The notes under the pieces: model-generated
The model's input: the letters and a program-made list of their open reading frames with translations, nothing else
Database searches by the model: none
What the model was told of the DNA's origin: nothing
Translations under genes and position numbers: made by a program
NCBI RefSeq assembly: GCF_001194135.2
Contig: NC_068999.1
Location: 22,655,534 to 22,690,527, forward strand
Source of the DNA: Octopus bimaculoides
Taxonomy: Eukaryota
Reading direction: 5' to 3'
DNA length: 34,994 nucleotides
Part shown: positions 1 to 9,584 of the stretch, piece by piece
Layout: every line of letters begins with the position of its first letter
Numbering within the stretch: the first letter of the stretch is position 1

Positions 1-56
<56 letters not shown>
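1..56. repeat. (AC)n microsatellite
   Basis: Pure AC run at the window start. Confidence 0.98.
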
Positions 57-59
<3 letters not shown>

Positions 60-419
60 CTCAGGTGTATAGACTTTTATGCTGATTGGGAAAACAATCA
101 AGATTTCTTTACAGCCTGTTGGAAAATGAAGATCAAAATATAATGTCATTATGATTTACCGAAAAAATATGAATACATTAAAAGAAATACGAGGCTGAGA
201 AAAAGAGTGGGTAAAATGGAATGAGTATGTAGGTGTGAGAGGATTGAGGTGAAATTGTGTGAAGTTATGTGTGTGTATGTAAGTGTGTAAGAGGATAAAA
301 ATGTATAGCAATTAAATAGTCAGAGATCGACATGGAGTAAGTAAGTGGTTAAAAGTATAGGGCTCAATCGGAAGAAAGTTTGATGTAGTAACGAAGCCAA
401 GGAGTGTGATATATATATA

Positions 420-909
420 NNNNNNNNNNNNNNNNNNNNNNNNNNNNNNNNNNNNNNNNNNNNNNNNNNNNNNNNNNNNNNNNNNNNNNNNNNNNNNNNN
501 NNNNNNNNNNNNNNNNNNNNNNNNNNNNNNNNNNNNNNNNNNNNNNNNNNNNNNNNNNNNNNNNNNNNNNNNNNNNNNNNNNNNNNNNNNNNNNNNNNNN
601 NNNNNNNNNNNNNNNNNNNNNNNNNNNNNNNNNNNNNNNNNNNNNNNNNNNNNNNNNNNNNNNNNNNNNNNNNNNNNNNNNNNNNNNNNNNNNNNNNNNN
701 NNNNNNNNNNNNNNNNNNNNNNNNNNNNNNNNNNNNNNNNNNNNNNNNNNNNNNNNNNNNNNNNNNNNNNNNNNNNNNNNNNNNNNNNNNNNNNNNNNNN
801 NNNNNNNNNNNNNNNNNNNNNNNNNNNNNNNNNNNNNNNNNNNNNNNNNNNNNNNNNNNNNNNNNNNNNNNNNNNNNNNNNNNNNNNNNNNNNNNNNNNN
901 NNNNNNNNN
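420..909. other. Assembly gap (N). Other gaps: 2830-3024, 6358-6598, 7654-7933, 10845-11283, 16629-16769, 23289-23348, 24764-25560
   Basis: N runs, nearly all flanked by (AT)n, (AG)n or (AC)n, as is typical of short-read assembly. Confidence 0.99.

Positions 910-962
<53 letters not shown>
910..962. repeat. (AG)n microsatellite
   Basis: Pure AG run after the gap. Confidence 0.98.
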
Positions 963-966
<4 letters not shown>

Positions 967-1023
967 TTGTGTAAAGTGACAAACGCGATGTAAGTTAAAG
1001 ATTTAGTAATAATACTTTCTATT

Positions 1024-1223
1024 ATAGGAACAAGGTCTGAAATTTGGGATAGGAGTATAGTCGACTACATTGACTCAATACTCAACTGGTACTTATTTTA
1101 TCGGCATCGAAAGGATGAAAGACAAAGTTGAACTCGGCAGATTTTGAACCCAGAACGTAGACGGAGGAAATACCGCTAAGCATTCTCTGCCTGGCGTGCT
1201 AGCGATTCTGTCAGCTCGCCGCC
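1024..1223 (-). mobile_element. tRNA-derived SINE, family A (full length)
   Basis: Minus strand reads GGCGGCGAGCTGACAGAATCGCTAGC (A-box-like head), then GGGTTCAAAATC (B box), then CTTTCATCCTTTCGATGCCGATAAAATAAGTACCAG. Homologous to about 10 other copies in the window. Confidence 0.9.
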
Positions 1224-1876
1224 TCAATAATTAAAGATTTACTGGAAGAGAGTTAATATATGGAATTAGAAAAGCCGATGAGAAATACCTGCGTGTGTAT
1301 GAGTATGGAGATGTAGAAGTGGAGAAAAATTCGGGAGAGCGAAAAAGACAATTGCATAAAGAAAAGAAAGTGAAAAATTGAATATAAAATTAGTGTTAAA
1401 CTTGAGCGGATATTTCAGCTTTCAAAAGTCAAATGAAGTAAAAGTGTTCTCGAAAAGTGCGGCTAAACGATGTCAAAGCAATACTTACTTTTGGTGTGAT
1501 CACACTTGATGTAGCTTGAAGAGGTTTTTGTGTTGTTATCTCCCACGTGGTCTGTAGGTAGAGACGATTACTTTGGCGATCAGCTGACGAATGACTTGAA
1601 TCATCCTGAGGTCGGCTTTTTATAAGAACAAGCCGCTAGTTGAAGGCAGTCTATGGGCATGCTGGTTTTCAAGCGGGAAACACTGTATGGGCTGGTTCAG
1701 ATAGAAAGTGAAACATAGAAAGGAAAGAGAAGGATGGGGGGAGAAAAAGAAATAGTGGGAGTGAGAGAGAGAGAGAGAAAGAGAGAGGGAGGGAGAGCGG
1801 GAGGGAGAGCGGGAGGGAGAGAGGGAGAGAGTAACGAAGAGTAAAATAAAAAGGACAAATACGGAAATATCCAAAA

Positions 1877-2400
1877 TTGCAGGTGGTGCCTGGTGGTGAT
1901 GATGGCAGTGGTAATGTATTGGTTATGATGATGTTGGTTATGGTGGTAATGAGGGTGCAGGTTGTGGTGGTGGTAGTGGTGATGGTGCTGATTGTGGCGG
2001 TGATGGTGCGGGCTGTGGTGCTGGTGGTGGTTGTGGTGGTGGTAACGGTGGCTATGACTGTATGGGTGGTTGCAACGATCGTGGTGCTGGCGTTGTTGAT
2101 TGTGACGACAATGATGGTTTTATGAAGGCGGTATTGGTGGTATTAATTTCAGTGTTGGTAGTGGTAGTAGTGGTGATGGTGGTGTTGGTCCTTGTGATGG
2201 TGATGCAGTAGCTGGTATTGTCGGCGGTGGTATAGACATTGTTGTTGCTATTGTTTTTGCTATTATTAGAGTTATTGCTGTTGTTGGTGATCTTGATGTT
2301 GGTGGTGGTGATAGCATTTTTATTGGTAGCATTAGTATTGTTGTTATTGATGCTGATGGTGATGGTGTTGGTGAAGCTGTTGGTGATGGTGTTGGCGGTG
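1877..2400. repeat. Degenerate (GGT/GAT/GTT)n trinucleotide low-complexity tract
   Basis: Near-continuous GGT/TGA/TGT triplets that generate the V/M/L-rich spurious ORFs. Confidence 0.9.
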
Positions 2401-2479
2401 AAGGGAGAGAACGAGGAATGACAATAAAATGGTGTCGTGTTTTTTATTTATTTATTTATTTGTTTGTTTGTTTGGTTAG

Positions 2480-2633
2480 TCCAAATGGTGGCAAGTTTTA
2501 TCAGAAACCTTTGATGGACAGAATTCTGTGTGTCACGCCATATGGGAGGGACTCACCATATTTGGTAGGTACCAGCTGGATTGGTGCATTATGGTCAAAA
2601 GTGGGTGTTTTCTTGCAATGTGCCTCCGATCAC
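2480..2633 (+). CDS. Candidate internal coding exon (154 nt), product unidentified
   Basis: T-rich tract ending TTAG| at 2479 and a CAC|GTAAGC donor at 2634. Non-repetitive, GC-richer island with two open frames (PNGGKFYQKPLMDRILCVTPYG... or SKWWQVLSETFDGQ...). No family recognised. Confidence 0.35.
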
Positions 2634-3152
2634 GTAAGCAGCATAGAGGAGGAGGAGAAGGAGGAGGAGGAGAAGCGAAGACTTGATGAAGCGAATAAAC
2701 TAAATAAGGAAAGTGTGGAGACAGACAAACCCTCAAGAAACCCTACTCTCTCTAATATATATATATATATATATATATACACACGCATGTATATATATAT
2801 ATACATGCATATATATATATATATATATANNNNNNNNNNNNNNNNNNNNNNNNNNNNNNNNNNNNNNNNNNNNNNNNNNNNNNNNNNNNNNNNNNNNNNN
2901 NNNNNNNNNNNNNNNNNNNNNNNNNNNNNNNNNNNNNNNNNNNNNNNNNNNNNNNNNNNNNNNNNNNNNNNNNNNNNNNNNNNNNNNNNNNNNNNNNNNN
3001 NNNNNNNNNNNNNNNNNNNNNNNNCACACACACACACACGCACACACACACACGCACACACACACACACGCACACACACACACAAACACATATGCATGTA
3101 CAAATACGCTCGCGCGCGCATATACACGGGCATGCATATACAGGCAAGGACG

Positions 3153-3380
3153 TTTCTCTTTCACTTGTTTCAGTCATTTGATTGCGGCCAGCCTGGAGCA
3201 CCCCTTGAAGAATTTTTAGTTCAATGAATCGACCTTAGTACTTATGTTTGAAGCTTGGTACCTATTCTATCGGAGTCTTACAACCGAACCGCTAAGTTAT
3301 GAGGACGTAAATACACCAACACTAGTTGTCAAGCGGTGGTGGGGAACAAATACGGACACAAAGACACACATACATCACAC
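3153..3380 (-). mobile_element. SINE family D
   Basis: Reverse complement of CTTAGCGGTTCGG...GATAGAATAGGTACCAAG...GGCCGCAATCAAATGACTGAAACAAGT. Homologous to 6640, 12020 and 22735. Confidence 0.85.
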
Positions 3381-3393
3381 CCACACCCACACC

Positions 3394-3424
<31 letters not shown>

Positions 3425-3490
3425 ATAAATGAATATATGCATATATACGTACATGTATGTACATACCTACATCTACCTGTATATATAGAT

Positions 3491-3625
3491 GCATATCTGG
3501 GTACAGGACGTTGCACACAAAACGTAGACAAAATGATAAACAGAGTACAAAAAACACACAGGCCACATAGAGAACATTTCCTTCATCAGCTGCCACCATT
3601 CTAACACTGGCGTTTCGAAGAGTTA
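3491..3625. repeat. Unclassified interspersed repeat (possibly Penelope-associated); related segment at about 8215-8290
   Basis: Shares TCATCAGCTGCC-N17-GTTTCG with 8250-8284. Confidence 0.45.
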
Positions 3626-3663
3626 TGGCCTGTTAAATCTAAACATGTGTGTGTCCCCTATAG

Positions 3664-3698
<35 letters not shown>

Positions 3699-3717
3699 TA
3701 GATAGATAGATAGATAT

Positions 3718-3875
3718 AACGGGCTTATATTAGCTTCGTCTACCAAATCTACTGACAGGACTTTGGTCGGCCCGAGGTTATAGTAGAAGATACTTCCCCA
3801 AGTTACCATGCAGTGGGACTGAACCTAGAACCATATGGTTAGGAAGCAAGTTTCTTACTATACAGCCACCTCTGC
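3718..3875 (-). mobile_element. tRNA-derived CORE-type SINE, family B (OR2-like)
   Basis: Minus strand reads GTGGCTGTATAGTAAGAAACTTGCTTCC...GGTTCAGTCCCACTGC...AACTTGGGGAAGT (CORE-like, compare MIR ACCTTGGGCAAGT)...GGTAGACGAAGCT, with a microsatellite tail. Confidence 0.85.
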
Positions 3876-4145
3876 ACTTATATATATATAAATATGTTTG
3901 TGTGTATGTATGTACCGAATTACTCTAAGAAGCGGCATTCATTACCAGAATTTTCGACTCGATTCAAATAAAACAAACTACTCCAAATCGTTGTTAGAGT
4001 ATCTGCAAAAGTGGAGTCTGGACCTGCTGGCTTTTACAGGGATCGAGTCGTATCAGTTGTAATAATGAAGTTAAATCAAACAATGATATTTTGAAATTAT
4101 TCAATACATACGTTTCCAGCCTATGTAATATGTAACAGGAAGTAA

Positions 4146-4318
4146 GGTGGCAAGCTGGCGGAAACGTTAGCAAGCCTGGCAAAATGCATAGCAATATTTC
4201 GTCTGTCATTACATTCTGAGTTCAAATTCCGCCGGGGTCGACTTCATCTTTTATCCTTTAGATTAAGTACCAGTTGCGTACTGGAGTCGATCTAATCAAC
4301 TGGCCCTCTCCCCCAAAA
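4146..4318 (+). mobile_element. SINE family A, 3'-truncated
   Basis: GGTGGCAAGCTGGCGGAAACGTTAG head and GAGTTCAAATTCCGCCG B box. Ends at CCCCCAAAATC without the usual tail. Confidence 0.88.
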
Positions 4319-4474
4319 TCTCTCAGACAGCATTCAATATCTTTTGTGGAAAGTAGGCATTACTACGATATTGCAATGTTTATTCTTTTTAATGTATATA
4401 TATATATATATAAATATATATATATATTTCGTATGTGTGTTTGGTGTGCAAGATTCTTGATATGGATATATATA
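4318..4474 (+). repeat. 157-bp direct repeat, copy 1 (identical to 10632-10788)
   Basis: Base-by-base comparison shows identity, including the (TA)9-AA-(TA)6 microsatellite. Confidence 0.93.
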
Positions 4475-4685
4475 ACAGGAAATGCATCTATTAAATAAGA
4501 CCTGAAACATAAGCATAAAATGATTTCAAAATATTACTATTTGCCTTGAGTTCACTATTACAACTTGTATGTATGTCATTATTCAGTTTTATTTCAAGAT
4601 TTCTTGCCAATAGAGAAAGAGCTGGTTTCTAACCTAGATCCAAGACTCCTTCATCGGGATTTCAACAACATCAACATGGTATTTT

Positions 4686-4716
<31 letters not shown>

Positions 4717-5066
4717 GTATGAGGGTGTATGTGCAGTTTTGTATGCTTTGTTTTATGTATGTATTCTCATGTGTATAGTTGCATGTCTCGAGATGCTCAT
4801 ATATATTTAAATGATAAACTTCTGGAAAGTTTTACAGATCTTCATAGTTCCAGTGATGGCTTAGATCTGTAGTCTTCAAATCAGCTTTCTCCTTTTTGGT
4901 TTTGAGAACCCTAATTTCCCAAGATTGATATTTAGATAGTGTGTGTTATATATCCCCGTGCCCGAACAATTACAAGTATAAACCTGAACTTGTAATCTGG
5001 ATGTGTATGTATGTATGTATGTATGTATAGATTTTTTTAAAGTGGAGTACAGATTTTATATATTCA

Positions 5067-5219
5067 GAAGAAAAAAAAAAGGTAGTAGTCAGGATGTGGA
5101 TAAAAAACTATTTATTTTGCGCTTTCGTCCCTGGGATTCATCATGAACGAAACCCTGAAAAACACGAAAGCGCTAAATAAATAGTTTATAACTAAATTCT
5201 GACTACCTCCATTTTCTTA
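5067..5219. repeat. Inverted repeat with degenerate hammerhead-like cores (Penelope-like terminus)
   Basis: Arms 5105-5128 and 5164-5187 match at 23/24 bp and extend imperfectly to about 60 bp. They contain GAAAGCGCTA and TGATGA-ATCCCAGGGAC-GAAA. Confidence 0.6.
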
Positions 5220-5250
<31 letters not shown>

Positions 5251-5251
<1 letters not shown>

Positions 5252-5396
5252 GCGTGGCTGTGTGGTAAGAAGTTTGCTTCCACACGGTTCCGGTTGCAGA
5301 CCCAATGCGTGGCACCATGGGCAAGCATCTTATAATCGCCGACCATAGCCTTGTGAGTGGAATTAGTAGACGGAAACTGAAAGAATCCTGTCGCAT
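5251..5396 (+). mobile_element. CORE-type SINE family B
   Basis: GGCGTGGCTGTGTGGTAAGAAGTTTGCTTCC...GGCACCATGGGCAAG...GTAGACGGAAACTGAAAGAA. Confidence 0.88.
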
Positions 5397-5411
5397 GTAT
5401 ATATAAATTTA

Positions 5412-6357
5412 TACACCCAGAACCACGCTAATAGCTTTTGAACGAAAATTGCCCATCTAGACATTGTTTTTTTTTTCCAGAAAATGAAGGATAATGATAC
5501 ATATTAAGCATACATTGAGTGTATATTTAACAGAAAACCATAATAATATTATAAAGTTTGAGGTTTCAATGGGGCCAAAAGTACATGACGTTAGACATGA
5601 GTTGTATTCTGTTTATTGACGAAACCAGAGCTACCTTGACGAACCTGGCGGTTGGGTAAATGGTTGGGTCTATTTTGGAGATGAGCGTCACCAACGTTTA
5701 CGACGTCACCAACAGGGTGAAGGAGTCATGTTGTGGGCTGGTATCAGGGTGGGGGGTGGACACACCCTTGTTGGCCCAATCAGGATGCCTGAAGAGGTTA
5801 AAGTGTCCACAACCGCCTACTGCAATCTTCTGAATAAGGTCTTGGATCTCTGGCTAGATGACATACCGCCGTCACTTCTAAAGAATCTCGTATTCATGCA
5901 TGACAATGCTCTCTCTCATTCTGCTAGGATCACATTCCTAGGGACCAAACAGTTCTAGGGTCTTACGGCATACAAAGTAAAAGGTTGACGGTATGGCCGC
6001 CAGCATCTCTGGATCTCAACCCTATCGAAAATCTTTGGTCCATCATTAAACAAGATGTTTTTGCCGATGGGTGCTAATTTACGTCGAAAGATGTCTTATG
6101 GGTGACCATTAAAGCTGCAGCAGAGGTAGTTTTTATTAAGAAATTGATAGATTCCATGACTAATAGGGTTTTTGAAGTTATCCGTCGAAATGGCGTTCAT
6201 GTGGCTAAATAATTCATTATTTCAATAAGTGTTATAATAATACTATGGTTTTCTGTTAAATATACACTCAATGTATGCCTAATATGTATCATTATCCTTC
6301 ATTTTCTGAAAAAAAAAAAGTCTAGACGGGTTATTTTCATTTAAAGCCAGGTTCACT
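5412..6357 (+). mobile_element. Tc1-like DNA transposon relic (DD37E/TRT-like), internally deleted, with about 120-bp inverted repeats
   Basis: Inverted repeats at 5434-5553 and 6231-6348. Broken transposase LFIDET...GVMLWAGI...FMHDNA...WPPASLDLNPIENLW...NGVHVAK*. The N-terminal HTH is absent. Confidence 0.9.
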
Positions 6358-6639
6358 NNNNNNNNNNNNNNNNNNNNNNNNNNNNNNNNNNNNNNNNNNN
6401 NNNNNNNNNNNNNNNNNNNNNNNNNNNNNNNNNNNNNNNNNNNNNNNNNNNNNNNNNNNNNNNNNNNNNNNNNNNNNNNNNNNNNNNNNNNNNNNNNNNN
6501 NNNNNNNNNNNNNNNNNNNNNNNNNNNNNNNNNNNNNNNNNNNNNNNNNNNNNNNNNNNNNNNNNNNNNNNNNNNNNNNNNNNNNNNNNNNNNNNNNNGT
6601 GGGTATGGGTGTAGGTGTGTGTGTGTGTGTATGTGTTGA

Positions 6640-6795
6640 TGTGTTTAAGTCCCCGTGACTTTGCGATTCGGCAAAAGATCCGATAAAACAAGTACCAGGC
6701 TTTAAAATAATTAAGTACTGGGATTAATTCATTCGACTAAAAATGCCTCAAGACGGTACCCCAGTATGGCCGCAGTCAAATGTCTGAAATAATTA
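6640..6795 (+). mobile_element. SINE family D
   Basis: GCGATTCGGCAAAAGATCCGATAAAACAAGTACCAGGC...CCAGTATGGCCGCAGTCAAATGTCTGAAA. Confidence 0.82.
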
Positions 6796-7429
6796 TAGGG
6801 CAATTCAAAATTCTTTTCGTATTAATATGAACTGGTTAACAACCGTGTTCAGCTGAGATTGTTAATGTACATCTCATCTCATTCCTTCTTTATCCCTCTC
6901 TCATACTTCCCGCATTCTCACCACACCGTGCCTCGGATTCTATGCCTCAGGGACTCCCGAGCAATTAATTGGCCTTTTTGTCATATTGTGATTTTAGGGC
7001 AACGAATATTTTCGCATATTTTCGTAATGACAATTTTCAAACGTTTAAAATAATGTATTTTTGTTTATACTCATAAAAAACTACAATAAAACAGCAAAGA
7101 GAGTATTAAACTACCTAAAGACGAAAGGGAAAAAAAATGATTTAACTGTTAAATGGAGTGAATTTCCCGTGCGCCTGCACCAGTGTGTGTGTGTGTGTGT
7201 GTACACACGCGCACACGCACATATATTTATGTGAATTTTATAGATGGTTCTGATGAGTTGATATTCGATTGTAACAGCATAATGATACAGCTTAAGCTTA
7301 TAGTTGCATATATTATATAATAATATAGCAATATTCTTGAGTACGAATGCCGAAGAAACAATCGTAAATTTATGTAATAAAACAACTTGCTCATTCCACT
7401 CTCCTTGTTAATAATTATAAACATATATA

Positions 7430-7600
7430 TATCCGAAGTGTACAATATTATATATCCATTACAGCTTATCTTACCGATCGGTTTGGCGCTAGATCGGCCG
7501 CAATTGATATATAATATTGTACACTTCGGATAATATACTCACTCTGTTGATAGATATACAAGTGCATTTTTCCCCTGACTTATGGACTCTTAGACGACTT
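7430..7600. repeat. Unclassified foldback repeat, copy 1 (paralog at 23075-23270)
   Basis: Perfect 27-bp inverted arms at 7430-7456 and 7506-7532. The downstream block CCCTGACTTATGGACTCTTAGA is shared with 23212-23270. Confidence 0.85.
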
Positions 7601-7601
7601 A

Positions 7602-7604
<3 letters not shown>

Positions 7605-7653
<49 letters not shown>

Positions 7654-7933
7654 NNNNNNNNNNNNNNNNNNNNNNNNNNNNNNNNNNNNNNNNNNNNNNN
7701 NNNNNNNNNNNNNNNNNNNNNNNNNNNNNNNNNNNNNNNNNNNNNNNNNNNNNNNNNNNNNNNNNNNNNNNNNNNNNNNNNNNNNNNNNNNNNNNNNNNN
7801 NNNNNNNNNNNNNNNNNNNNNNNNNNNNNNNNNNNNNNNNNNNNNNNNNNNNNNNNNNNNNNNNNNNNNNNNNNNNNNNNNNNNNNNNNNNNNNNNNNNN
7901 NNNNNNNNNNNNNNNNNNNNNNNNNNNNNNNNN

Positions 7934-7969
<36 letters not shown>
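7605..7969. repeat. (AG)n microsatellite spanning a gap
   Basis: AG runs on both sides of the N gap. Confidence 0.95.
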
Positions 7970-7970
<1 letters not shown>

Positions 7971-7973
<3 letters not shown>

Positions 7974-8022
7974 TGCTCAACCGGAATTTGAGAGGTGCAG
8001 GGTTCGATTCCCTGTGGAGGCT
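7971..8022 (+). pseudogene. tRNA-like fragment (anticodon arm, T arm, acceptor 3' strand; anticodon GGA); tRNA pseudogene or tRNA-derived repeat
   Basis: CTCAA-CCGGAAT-TTGAG / AGGTG / CAGGG-TTCGATT-CCCTG / TGGAGGC, with TTTTT at 8033-8037. The 5' part is replaced by (AG)n or lies in the gap. Confidence 0.75.
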
Positions 8023-8123
8023 TGCTGTCCCCTTTTTCCCGTTTTCTAAAGGGTATAAACCCAATTTTCTAAGCTGTCTTCATAGCCACCCTGCGTTCGC
8101 GAATTCGTTTAATTATGTAGAAG

Positions 8124-8126
<3 letters not shown>

Positions 8127-8190
<64 letters not shown>
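8127..8190. repeat. (AC)n(AT)n compound microsatellite
   Basis: Direct observation. Confidence 0.95.
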
Positions 8191-8191
<1 letters not shown>

Positions 8192-8846
8192 CAAAAGGAT
8201 ATGTTATAATACTATTCCACAGCCATACCAACACTACAACATACCTCCATCATCAGCTGCCCCACGGATATCACTATGGTTTCGACACCTTGACAGTACC
8301 ATATTTATATATATATAAATATATATATTGCATCCTCCGTGTTACAGTCACTTCAGATTACATGGTTTTGCGCTTATGGGATTTGTAAAGTATGGCCACT
8401 GAGTTTGGGAGTCAGTGTTTGATTTCGCTCATATGCAAACTCGGATAAATTTTGAGAATTTAAGATCAAAACTTTCTTCTAAGGTAGAAGGTCGTTTCTC
8501 GGTGTTTTAGCTTTGATTGAAGTTTTGTTAATTATTAAAAAAAAAGACAGAACAATAATTACGACATACGCACACCTATAATGTATAAGATATGTGTTTG
8601 TGCGTGTATGTGCGTGTATGTGCGTGTATGTGTGTGTGTGTGCATGCGCGCATGTGTACACCATGTTTGGGTATTATCACTATAAACACCAATGGAATTT
8701 GGTAGAATTTTTCACTGTGAATATTTGTTTGTGCGTACATTTTCTTATCTAACGTTGAATGTGTCTATTTCTCTTTCTAACTCTTAAGTGTGCGTGCGTG
8801 TGTGAGTGTGTGTGCGTGTGTGAGTGTGTGTACATACATACATACA

Positions 8847-8879
<33 letters not shown>

Positions 8880-9355
8880 TCTTACAACAGATATAAATCA
8901 GCTTTCACCACAACTACTATTTATCATCAACACCAACGAAAATAGCCTGAACACCAAAACCAATACAACTACCATCATTATCAGACCAGCAACTCCTTCA
9001 TGACTAACAGCAAAAACAGAAATAGAATGCTCAAGATAAGCAACCATATCTGAAATAATACTAAGATAATCACCTGAGATAATGTGTTGCTCTAGTGCAT
9101 GTTAAATGTTGGATGAAATGTCTTTGATTTTGGGTCAATGAAGATTAACTTGAAACCAAATAGTCACAATATAACTAATACCTCCACCAACTGCATCTCC
9201 CTAATCACAAACACGAAAATCAATAGAATCAACGCTACTATCAGTATCAATTTGCTAACTTTTGAATATACAATTAGCAAGAACAGTGATAGTGTTAGTA
9301 TTATAGCAATGTCTGTATCTACGTATGTTGTAGGTCAACAGGATGGGATGTCTTT

Positions 9356-9390
<35 letters not shown>

Positions 9391-9584
9391 TAGAGTGAGG
9401 AATGTTATTAATCAAATGAGAGGTGCAAAGCTAAAATGGCCATGAAACCTGGAAACCCTCCAATTAATATACTCATGCAGTATTTCCTCCTTACCTCACT
9501 CCTGCCAATTTTTACTACATATTTGGTATGAATAATTGTTGAACACCGGTGCCACTGGATTTATTTGCAATTCAATAATTCACG

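Noticed and set aside
320-993. Long ORFs spanning gaps (also 2418-3227, 7489-8209, 10703-11521, 24708-25643)
   Set aside because: Made of Ns and dinucleotide repeats (SLSL, RERE, YIYI, HTHT); not genes.
1877-2421. Hydrophobic, membrane-protein-like ORFs
   Set aside because: Translation of a degenerate GGT/GTT trinucleotide tract.
4598-4678. Exon-like segment FLPIEKELVSNLDPRLLHRDFNNINM
   Set aside because: The donor is weak (GTATTT), it runs into (TATG)n, and it resembles a sequence I recall as repetitive. No independent support.
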